From positions 1 through 31,904 of the IMG/VR virus record IMGVR_UViG_3300032332_000850: a stretch of DNA of 31,904 nt, one strand, 5' to 3'. Below, one piece after another: positions 1 through 7,039 of this stretch. A program made the translations under genes and the position numbers. Under the pieces are notes generated by a model, which was not told where the DNA came from, did no database searches, and saw nothing but the letters and a program-made list of their open reading frames with translations. Each line of letters begins with the position of its first letter. Position 1 is the first letter of the stretch. The stretch comes from a virus.

Positions 1-123
1 CTGCTCGCCCCACTGTTTCTTGCCGCGTCGCAGCCAACCGGAGATGCCTTCGCCTTCCTTCTCCAGTTTCTTCGCGTAGTCGGAAGTCGCCTTCGACACG
101 CCTCCGCCGCCGGTCTCCTCAGC
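1..123. repeat. Terminal overlap copy 1 (circular-closure redundancy)
   Basis: Read base by base: 1..123 is identical to 31782..31904. The repeat lies inside a coding sequence. Confidence 0.95.
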
Positions 124-222
124 GATTTTCGCCTGTGCCTTCTTCAGGTCAGGCGACAACGTCTCAACGTTCGCGTGAACGTCGAAGTGAACGTCGCCTA
201 CTTTGCTGCCCTTGTCGGCCAC
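1..222 (-). CDS. 5' segment of the tape-measure-like gene that crosses the circular junction (continues at 31781 downwards)
   Basis: On the minus strand, GGAGG then 6 nt then GTG at 222..220. The frame reads VADKGSKVGDVHFDVHANVETLSPDLKKAQAKIAEETGGGG and runs without a stop into the repeat, in frame with the 30921..31880 ORF. Confidence 0.7.
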   Translation of the reverse strand, partial: MADKGSKVGDVHFDVHANVETLSPDLKKAQAKIAEETGGGGVSKATSDYAKKLEKEGEGISGWLRRGKKQWGEQ

Positions 223-240
223 GCGATGCCTCCAGTGCTA

Positions 241-1092
241 TCAGGCTGCGGTGATCGAACCGGCGACGCGGAGAGTGCCGGTCACGCGAACCACATCGTC
301 GGGCTTCCACGAGAGCGACAACTTCGTCCAGAACGAAGGGAAGGTGTACGTACGACCAGTCGCGACGGTCAGCACGGTTGTGTTGTCAGGCGTGCCGTCG
401 CTGTTGATGTCCCACGTCGGCTTAGTGATCGCACCAGACGCGGCGGTCAGACCGGGAAGACTCGTGCCAGCCGCCTGCGTCAGATCGCCGCTGCCGCTGA
501 ACGAGTACGTCACTTCGCTGTAGTCGCCGACCTTGACCTTCTGCGACAACTTCGGCGTTCCGATGCTGCCTGAGAGCGACGGATCGGTCGCACCGTCCTC
601 GTAGAACTTGAACGTCGCAGCAGCCGCCGCACCGACGCTGGGCATCGTGAGCGCCGTCGCGTTGTCAGCCTTGCAAGTCCACGAGCCGGACCACATGCCG
701 GTTCCACCCGGCATCCATGTGCGATAGCCGGTCGAGGCCGTGCCGGTGAACGACGTGATGTCGATCTCAGGCCACGTGATGTCGATGTTGAAGGCATTGA
801 CGTACTGCACGTAGCCGCTGCCAAACGTCACGAGGGCGCTCATCGCCGAACTCGGCGAGGTGCGAGGCCAGATGCCGCTGAAGTCGACCGTGCCGTCTCG
901 CAGGCCGTTGAGTTTCGCGAACATATTCACGCCGCTGGTGGTCGCCTGCGTGATGTCAACCTCGTTCGCGTTCACGTTGAGCGTGGCGAGGTCGGTCGTC
1001 ATGCGGAGCGAGGTGCCCAGCAGGTACAGCAGATCGCCGCTCGCAGCGGTGCAGGTCAGATTGCCGGTTTCCGAAGTAAGCGGGTATGCCAT
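241..1092 (-). CDS. Putative major tail tube protein (283 aa) with C-terminal extra domain
   Basis: Sits between the tail-completion genes and the tape-measure-like gene. Tube-like motifs EVDIT...SGIW and EIDIT...SGSW. ATG at 1092. Confidence 0.5.
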   Translation of the reverse strand: MAYPLTSETGNLTCTAASGDLLYLLGTSLRMTTDLATLNVNANEVDITQATTSGVNMFAKLNGLRDGTVDFSGIWPRTSPSSAMSALVTFGSGYVQYVNAFNIDITWPEIDITSFTGTASTGYRTWMPGGTGMWSGSWTCKADNATALTMPSVGAAAAATFKFYEDGATDPSLSGSIGTPKLSQKVKVGDYSEVTYSFSGSGDLTQAAGTSLPGLTAASGAITKPTWDINSDGTPDNTTVLTVATGRTYTFPSFWTKLSLSWKPDDVVRVTGTLRVAGSITAA

Positions 1093-1099
1093 AGGTGTC

Positions 1100-1600
1100 T
1101 CACGGGTTTGAGGCGAGTGCCGAAACGCGGAAGGTCATCGTCATCGTGCCAGTCACGGCGTGGTCGTCGGTCATTCCAGAGTCGTACGTGCGAACGAAGC
1201 AGTTGCTTGCCTTCGCAGTGTACCCGTTTGTCGGCAGCACCAGCAAATGCCGATGGAAGCCGTACGTCGGAATGCGACCGGCCTGAAGTACCGCGTCGCC
1301 ATGCAGCCGCGTCAGCACCGCCGCGACGCGACCGGCCCAGTTCGCCGACGAGGTGTAGTCCTGCACCTGGTCAAACACGGTGAACGTGACTGAGGCGTTC
1401 CATTCGTCGGCGGTCAGGCTGTGGTCCTGATCGAGGCGAGTGTTCCAGAGCAAATACGGGTAGGTGATCGCGTTCGGCGTGCCGAAGATGGTGTACGCAC
1501 CGCTGATGATGTTCCACGCACTCGAGGCGTAGAGGCCGCCAACGCCCGTGTCGGCCTTGATTCGGTTGTAGATCGCGGTGTTGATCGAGTCGAGGATCAT
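1100..1600 (-). CDS. Putative tail terminator/completion protein (DUF3168-like)
   Basis: 166 aa. N-terminus MILDSINTAIYNRIKADTGV...YPYLLW resembles DUF3168-type proteins. ATGA overlap with the upstream gene and conserved module position. Confidence 0.45.
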   Translation of the reverse strand: MILDSINTAIYNRIKADTGVGGLYASSAWNIISGAYTIFGTPNAITYPYLLWNTRLDQDHSLTADEWNASVTFTVFDQVQDYTSSANWAGRVAAVLTRLHGDAVLQAGRIPTYGFHRHLLVLPTNGYTAKASNCFVRTYDSGMTDDHAVTGTMTMTFRVSALASNP

Positions 1601-2205
1601 GCGGAGATTCCTTCGGTGAGTGCTTTGCGAGCGCCACGGCAGAACGCCGCGAGCATCTTCGCGACGACTTCGTGCGACTGGAACGCCGGTCGGAGGTACG
1701 GTCTGGCGGGAAGTCGCACGGTCGGCTTCAGCATGAACATTCGCGTGGACTTCGCGTTCTTGCCTCTGCCTTTGGTCTGAGCGAGAAACGCCACGCCGCG
1801 ATGCTTGCAGGTCTCGAAGGTCAGATTCAGCGACCGCAGCGTCGAAGTACGCTCACGCATCCTCGCCGCCTGATCGTTCAGCGGAATCGTCAGGTACTTC
1901 GACGACTTTGCCTTGATGATGCCGCCGAACTCCTGAATGCGTGCGTATGCCACGCCGCTCGTGTAGACCGACGCGGACAGGTTTTCGCCCTTGGTTGATG
2001 AAATGGCGTTGTAAAGCAGGCCGTTGTTTCGATTCGGTGGCGATCCTGGTGCAGACGGTCGATACTTGCCGTTCTTGCTGAATGACGCCTTGATGCTGGA
2101 TGCCGCCGAGATAGCCGCCAGCGTGAGGCCAGCGTTGAACGCCGCGACCATGCGACCACGCACGAAGGATTCGTCAATCGTGATTGTGGGCTTGCCAATT
2201 ATCAT
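1597..2205 (-). CDS. HK97 gp10-family tail component (202 aa)
   Basis: PARPYLRPAF motif typical of the HK97 gp10 family. Start trimmed to ATG 2205, which forms an ATGA overlap with the stop of 2202..2570. Confidence 0.6.
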   Translation of the reverse strand: MIIGKPTITIDESFVRGRMVAAFNAGLTLAAISAASSIKASFSKNGKYRPSAPGSPPNRNNGLLYNAISSTKGENLSASVYTSGVAYARIQEFGGIIKAKSSKYLTIPLNDQAARMRERTSTLRSLNLTFETCKHRGVAFLAQTKGRGKNAKSTRMFMLKPTVRLPARPYLRPAFQSHEVVAKMLAAFCRGARKALTEGISA

Positions 2206-2570
2206 CCAACATCTCGCATGACGGTCAGCACCTTCACCACACCGAGCAGCACGAGGTCTTTCGGCTTGCCCATCGGCTTGTAACGCACGCTGTCGATCAC
2301 CACGTAGTCGGCGGGCGAAGTGTCCCACGTGGCGCCGGCGATCGTCAGCGGTGCAAGGAACACGTCGTACATCTGCGTCGTGGTGTCGCGACCGTACAAA
2401 AGAGCGTCAGCCGCCGAGGTCGGTTGCATCCAGCACGCCACCGAGTACGACGGCGAACCCGCTCGCGTTCCCGCGTCGGGCGCTCCGCTCGACGTCGAGG
2501 CCGACCACGTCTGCGTATAGACGTCCATCGTCGTGCGGAACAGGTACCAGGGAGTCTGTGCCACGGTCAA
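2202..2570 (-). CDS. Putative head-closure / head-tail adaptor protein (122 aa)
   Basis: Size, position and the pattern ...CWMQPTSAADALLYGRDTTTQMYDVFL...VVIDSVRYKP resemble head-tail joining proteins. ATGA coupled at both ends. Confidence 0.45.
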   Translation of the reverse strand: MTVAQTPWYLFRTTMDVYTQTWSASTSSGAPDAGTRAGSPSYSVACWMQPTSAADALLYGRDTTTQMYDVFLAPLTIAGATWDTSPADYVVIDSVRYKPMGKPKDLVLLGVVKVLTVMRDVG

Positions 2571-3196
2571 CTCCTCATGCCGGTGTACGCTCGCGTCAGA
2601 GCGAGTTTCAGTTCGGTCAGTTCGCCGTTGCCGAAGTTCGAGTACGAATACTGACCAAGCGACTCGCTAACCACGCCCATGTTCCTGCCGCGTGCGGCGT
2701 AGTGCATGTCAGCGAGACGGAACGCCGCGATCTTGAGATCGTCGGGGATCGTCGCGTAGCCGCCGGTATAGACCACTTCGATGTTGTCGAACCCGTCAGG
2801 GAACCACGGCTGTACGCTGAACGTCGCCTGCACCGTGCCGAACGCCGTGACCGGATAGCGTGCCTTGATCGGATCGACGCAAGAGAGGATGCCGCCACTT
2901 GAATCGACGCGATACGTCGTCGAGTCGAGCGTCTCATACGTTCCATCCGAGGCATACACCTTGACGCTCGTCACCGACGATACCGGCCACTCCATGAGGT
3001 TGATCGTCTGCTCGTTGTTGCCGTCATATCGCTCGGTGCGGCTCATCGACTCAAAGCCATTCGACGTATCACGACCGCACCAGCGGCGGATCTCGGTCGA
3101 AACGCCGCTGACGATCGTGCCAATGATCGTGTCGTAGGCCGTCGTGCCGATGTTCGCCCACGTCTTGTATTCGCTGGTCGTGATGAGGTTCGCCAT
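2567..3196 (-). CDS. Putative gp6-like head-tail connector protein (209 aa)
   Basis: N-terminus ...SEYKTWANIG..YDTIIGTIVSGVSTEIRRWCGR resembles the Phage_connect_1 pattern. First gene of the connector block. Confidence 0.4.
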   Translation of the reverse strand: MANLITTSEYKTWANIGTTAYDTIIGTIVSGVSTEIRRWCGRDTSNGFESMSRTERYDGNNEQTINLMEWPVSSVTSVKVYASDGTYETLDSTTYRVDSSGGILSCVDPIKARYPVTAFGTVQATFSVQPWFPDGFDNIEVVYTGGYATIPDDLKIAAFRLADMHYAARGRNMGVVSESLGQYSYSNFGNGELTELKLALTRAYTGMRS

Positions 3197-3199
3197 AGG

Positions 3200-3730
3200 T
3201 CATCCGTTCAGAATCTGAGCGTACACGGGCATTGTGAATCCGTCATTGAATCCGGCTACGTCGTGCATGAACAGCACCGATTTCGCTCCATGCAGGTTCA
3301 TGCCGTTGTGCGTGACCACCGTCGAATACATCGTCTCGCCGTCGGTCTGATCGTTCGCGTTCAGCGTGAATGTTGAACTTGCCGCCGTGAACGTCGAGGC
3401 GTCTAGCCGCCAGAAGATCGTGCCTGACGGATACGCTCCGGTTGCACTCGGAACCGTGTTCGCACCAAACACTCGGAACGTCGGCGAACCGGGACCGAGC
3501 GTGCTCACGTTGTATTGAACGATAAACCGAACGTACGAACCCTGCGTGACGATGAGCGGATGGATTCCGCTCTGCGTGTACGAACGCGGATTCAGAAGCG
3601 TCGATGCCGACACGATGTTGACTTCCGTATCATCGACCACCTTCACCCATTCGCCGATCATCTGCGTGTACGCGGCGACTCCCGGCCCGCTCGCAAGCGT
3701 CGAGACCGAACTCGTTCTAGGCGTACCCAA
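3200..3730 (-). CDS. Hypothetical virion-module protein, paralog B (176 aa)
   Basis: TTG start preceded by AAGGAGG plus 5 nt. About half the aligned residues are identical to the 3741..4292 product (MGTP.TS.VST.ASGP..., HPLI..QGS.VRFI, RVFGAN.VP, GAYP.GTIFWR.DA.TFT, HGAKSVL..HD, YAQ.LN). Confidence 0.75.
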   Translation of the reverse strand: MGTPRTSSVSTLASGPGVAAYTQMIGEWVKVVDDTEVNIVSASTLLNPRSYTQSGIHPLIVTQGSYVRFIVQYNVSTLGPGSPTFRVFGANTVPSATGAYPSGTIFWRLDASTFTAASSTFTLNANDQTDGETMYSTVVTHNGMNLHGAKSVLFMHDVAGFNDGFTMPVYAQILNG

Positions 3731-3740
3731 GGCCGCCTCC

Positions 3741-4292
3741 TTAGATGTTCAGCACCTGAGCGTACAGCGTCACGGTCGTGTTTGCACCGCCGGAGATGCT
3801 CGCGGCGGTATCGTGCAGCACCAGAACGCTCTTTGCTCCGTGCATGTTGTCGCCGTTGTGGTTGCTGACGCTCGAATAAACGTACGTCGAGCCGTCGTTC
3901 TGAGCCGACGCGGCGAGAGCAAGCGTCACGGTCGTCGAGGTGCCGGTGAACGTGTTCGCGTCGATCCGCCAGAAGATCGTGCCAGCCGGGTACGCACCCG
4001 TCGTCGAATCGGGCACCTGATTCGCACCAAAGACGCGAATGGTCGGCGAGGTCGTGATCGTCGTCGTGCCGTAGGCGTACCTGGCGATGAACCGAACGAT
4101 GCTGCCCTGATTGATGATGAGCGGATGCACGTTCGAGGACGAGTACGAGATGGGTGCCAGCACGCCTTCGCCGGTCGTCGCGGCGGAGAGGTTGTCGTGA
4201 ACGACGACCCACTCGCCGAACATTTGCGTGGCGGCGACGACGTTCGGACCCGAGGCGTAGGTGCTGACGGCGGAAGTGACTGGCGTTCCCAT
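3741..4292 (-). CDS. Hypothetical virion-module protein, paralog A (183 aa)
   Basis: ATG preceded by AGGAG plus 6 nt. Tandem paralog of 3200..3730. Confidence 0.75.
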   Translation of the reverse strand: MGTPVTSAVSTYASGPNVVAATQMFGEWVVVHDNLSAATTGEGVLAPISYSSSNVHPLIINQGSIVRFIARYAYGTTTITTSPTIRVFGANQVPDSTTGAYPAGTIFWRIDANTFTGTSTTVTLALAASAQNDGSTYVYSSVSNHNGDNMHGAKSVLVLHDTAASISGGANTTVTLYAQVLNI

Positions 4293-4358
4293 GCGAATCT
4301 CCTAGATAAGCCGCAGGGCCTGCTCTCGCAAGCCCGGCGGTGATGAAGCGGTTGAAGA

Positions 4359-4805
4359 TCAAATGACCGAACGAGCGACCAGACCGGCGTTGGTCGCACG
4401 CAGGGCTTCGGTCGCACCATTCACGCCGGTGCCGGGGTTGCAGCCGACGGCGATCGCTCCGACGATTCGGCTGGTCGCCGATCCGCTGGTGTGCGACACG
4501 CGGAGGTATCGCTTGCGAGAACCGCCGAGACGCACGGAGATCATGTAGGTTCCGACCGCAGAGGTCTGGTTGTAGGTGACGGTCGCGATCGCAGTCGCGT
4601 CGTACGTCGAGTTGTCAGCCGACTCGCGAACGGTGAGAGTGCCGCTCGTGTCGGTGACAGACGAGGAGGTCAGCACGAAAACAACGTCAGAGAACCCGTT
4701 GAGGGTTGCCGTATCGACGCCGGTGCCGGTCGTCTCGGTCGTCGCAGCGACCGTCTGCGGAGCGAGAGCCTGAGTGATGTATGAGTTCTGGAGAGTGTTT
4801 GCCAT
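4359..4805 (-). CDS. Putative capsid decoration/cement-like protein (148 aa)
   Basis: Immediately downstream of the major capsid gene, with AAGGAG RBS. Beta-rich Thr/Ser/Val sequence with ...TLTVRESADNSTYDA...RYLRVSHTS. No family is firmly recognised. Confidence 0.35.
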   Translation of the reverse strand: MANTLQNSYITQALAPQTVAATTETTGTGVDTATLNGFSDVVFVLTSSSVTDTSGTLTVRESADNSTYDATAIATVTYNQTSAVGTYMISVRLGGSRKRYLRVSHTSGSATSRIVGAIAVGCNPGTGVNGATEALRATNAGLVARSVI

Positions 4806-4844
4806 AGATTCGATCTCCTTTCAGGAGAGTCTTTGTGAGATGGA

Positions 4845-6158
4845 TCAGTTGGAAAGGAGCGCACCAATCGGGCCGTTGCCGCCACGACCGTCGAGGTGAA
4901 TGTTGACGCAGAACCGAGAGATGCCACGAATCGCGAGGCTATCCGTGTTGAAGTAGTAGATGTCCGAGGTCATCACTTCCAACTGCTTGCGATCGCCGAG
5001 CATCGTGCCGCCGGTGAAGTCGCCGAAATAACAGGCCTTCGCGCTGCTGCCGGTCGCCGTCGCCATTCGCTGCGAGAAGTAAACCGGGTAGCCGAGGAAA
5101 GAAACGTCGGCACCAGGCAGGCCTTCGGCCAGCATCTTGAACTGACTGGTGGCCTTCTCCAACTTGAGCATGACCTGATAGAAGAACTGACGCGAGCAGA
5201 CGAACGCCAGACGCGACGGGTCAACGTACTGGAGATTGCCCATCACTTCGGTGAAGTTCGAAAGAGTCATCGAACCCCAAGCGGTCGCGGTGCCGATGTT
5301 GCCAGCAGGCAGAGCGTTCGCGAGACCGACCTGACCGGCGTAGGTAGCCGAGCCGTTGCCGTTGAAATACGCATCGTCCTCGGCGATCGCCTGAGCCTCG
5401 GCGATGCTGCGAGCGATGTCATCGGCGATGTTGACCGCCGAGTCGATGAGCAGTTCGCGAGAGACCTGGAACAGAGCGCCGTACTTCTTGGCGACGAGCG
5501 TGACCTGCCCGTAGTTGTTGTCGCCTGCGGTGATGGTGCCGGTCTCGCTGACGGGGCTCATCGCGTTGATCGCGGTCTTGCGGGGAACCTGCGTCACGTC
5601 GCGAGACATCGGCACCACGTTCGCGACCTTGCGAGCGATGCCGTACTTTTCGGTCAGCCACACGAGATTCGGGATGAACTCGATCGGCACGAGAGCGCCA
5701 CCGAGCTGCTGATTGAACTCGACGCCAGCCTTGCCAGCGATCTCAAGGTCGGCCTTCTTCGCGCCGTAGTCGTTACCCTTCAGCAGGCTCAGACGAGCCC
5801 ATGCGCCGAACATCTCGGCCTGATCTGCACAATCGAAAGCGGCCTTGCCCGAAGCGACCTTGCGCTCGTAGGCCTTGCGTGAAGCGTTGCCGATGGTGAA
5901 CATGTGGGGTTCCTTGTTGGTGTCGATCGCGGCGTGCGGTGCCTTCGTCCCCTTGACGGAGGCCACGTCGTCGGCGATCTTGATGGTGCTCTTGGCGTTC
6001 CAGACCGCGTCCACGTCGATGGCCGCACCGGCCTCGTCGGCGAACTCGATGCCTTCGGCAGCGAGCGTCGCAACGTGAGCCTTCGCGGTTTCGAGCGTGA
6101 CTTCGCCGGTCAGGCCGTTAGCCTTGAGCGAGTCGATGAGAGTCTTGCGGGTGAGCAT
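4845..6158 (-). CDS. HK97-family major capsid protein (437 aa, with N-terminal delta-like domain)
   Basis: Phage_capsid-type sequence (GGALVPIEF, SRELLIDSAVNI, AEDDAYFNG.G), following a prohead protease gene. Confidence 0.9.
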   Translation of the reverse strand: MLTRKTLIDSLKANGLTGEVTLETAKAHVATLAAEGIEFADEAGAAIDVDAVWNAKSTIKIADDVASVKGTKAPHAAIDTNKEPHMFTIGNASRKAYERKVASGKAAFDCADQAEMFGAWARLSLLKGNDYGAKKADLEIAGKAGVEFNQQLGGALVPIEFIPNLVWLTEKYGIARKVANVVPMSRDVTQVPRKTAINAMSPVSETGTITAGDNNYGQVTLVAKKYGALFQVSRELLIDSAVNIADDIARSIAEAQAIAEDDAYFNGNGSATYAGQVGLANALPAGNIGTATAWGSMTLSNFTEVMGNLQYVDPSRLAFVCSRQFFYQVMLKLEKATSQFKMLAEGLPGADVSFLGYPVYFSQRMATATGSSAKACYFGDFTGGTMLGDRKQLEVMTSDIYYFNTDSLAIRGISRFCVNIHLDGRGGNGPIGALLSN

Positions 6159-6280
6159 GAAGTGAATCCTGCCGCAGTTGCGGCGGTTGACGATTCACTG
6201 CTCAGAACCCGACACGGAGAGCGACGTAGACGCCTAGGTCGCTCGCGATGCCTGCCGTTCGCAGGTGTATTCGATTGAAG

Positions 6281-6311
6281 CCTGCACGAGTCGTGTGAGT
6301 CTGCGTGCAGG
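6281..6311 (-). promoter_or_regulatory. Intercistronic hairpin (8-bp stem CCTGCACG/CGTGCAGG, 15-nt loop) between protease and capsid genes
   Basis: Perfect inverted repeat read directly. A smaller CCTGC/GCAGG hairpin lies at 6251..6265. Confidence 0.45.
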
Positions 6312-6331
6312 TGAAGGAGGGATGTACGGTC

Positions 6332-6340
6332 AGTATACCA
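6332..6340 (-). promoter_or_regulatory. Possible extended -10 element (TGgTATACT) upstream of the capsid gene
   Basis: The minus strand reads TGGTATACT just after the protease stop. There is no good -35 at 17-nt spacing. Confidence 0.2.
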
Positions 6341-6343
6341 GCG

Positions 6344-7039
6344 TCAACGCAGCACGATCACACGCTTCGGACGAACGCCGAAGTCGGCGATCACGCGATC
6401 GGGCACCTTCGCGTCGATCAAGGCCTTGCGGCTCTTCTCAGCGTTCTCCGCCGCCGCATCGACGTTGCTGCTCATCATGCGGCAGGTCACGTTCATCGGC
6501 ATGGCGGTGTATGACACTTCGAGCACCTTGCACGCACGCACGATTGACTCGATGCCGGGATACGCGGCCTTCTCCGCCGGCGTCGGGTTGCCCCAGTCCA
6601 GAGCCTCGAAGCCGATCGACATGGCGAGCGTGCCAGCCTTCGCGAGCGCCACGCATGCCTTGACGTACGGGTTGGTCATGTCGTCGTGGAAGACTCCACG
6701 GCACAACCAACCGCCCGGCGTGAGGCTCATCGACCGGCACACCGCGACTGAACTGCAAACGTCGTACTGGTGATCGACGAACAGGTTTCGGTTCGTGCCG
6801 AGGTACGACTGCATGTCGCAGCCCGTCGGCACCACGACTTCACGCTCCAGATCGACCGCCGCCGTGTTCGCGTAGCACACCACCTCGAGCGGCTTGCCTG
6901 CGACCTGTTCGACACCGGCCTTGACGTTGTGCGACCATCGACCGGCGGTCACGCCGATCGGGTTCGCCGCGTTGGTCATCGTCTTGCGTTCAACAGCTCG
7001 GCGACGAATCGCCTGCACGATCTGATCTGCGGTTCTCAT
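6344..7039 (-). CDS. HK97-family prohead serine protease (231 aa)
   Basis: Motifs FVDHQYD and LAMSIGFEAL match the S78 His/Ser signature. Start trimmed to ATG 7039 (ATGA overlap with the portal stop). Confidence 0.75.
   Translation of the reverse strand: MRTADQIVQAIRRRAVERKTMTNAANPIGVTAGRWSHNVKAGVEQVAGKPLEVVCYANTAAVDLEREVVVPTGCDMQSYLGTNRNLFVDHQYDVCSSVAVCRSMSLTPGGWLCRGVFHDDMTNPYVKACVALAKAGTLAMSIGFEALDWGNPTPAEKAAYPGIESIVRACKVLEVSYTAMPMNVTCRMMSSNVDAAAENAEKSRKALIDAKVPDRVIADFGVRPKRVIVLR

Noticed and set aside
3658-4420. Alternative minus-strand frames overlapping the paralog genes (234-aa and 164-aa Arg-rich ORFs).
   Set aside because: Their composition (poly-Arg/His) is not protein-like. The chosen frames show paralog conservation and have strong SD sites.
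6332-6349. A full sigma70 promoter built from TTGACG and TATACT after the protease gene.
   Set aside because: The two hexamers are only 4 nt apart, so they cannot work as a -35/-10 pair. Only the extended -10 reading is kept, at low confidence.
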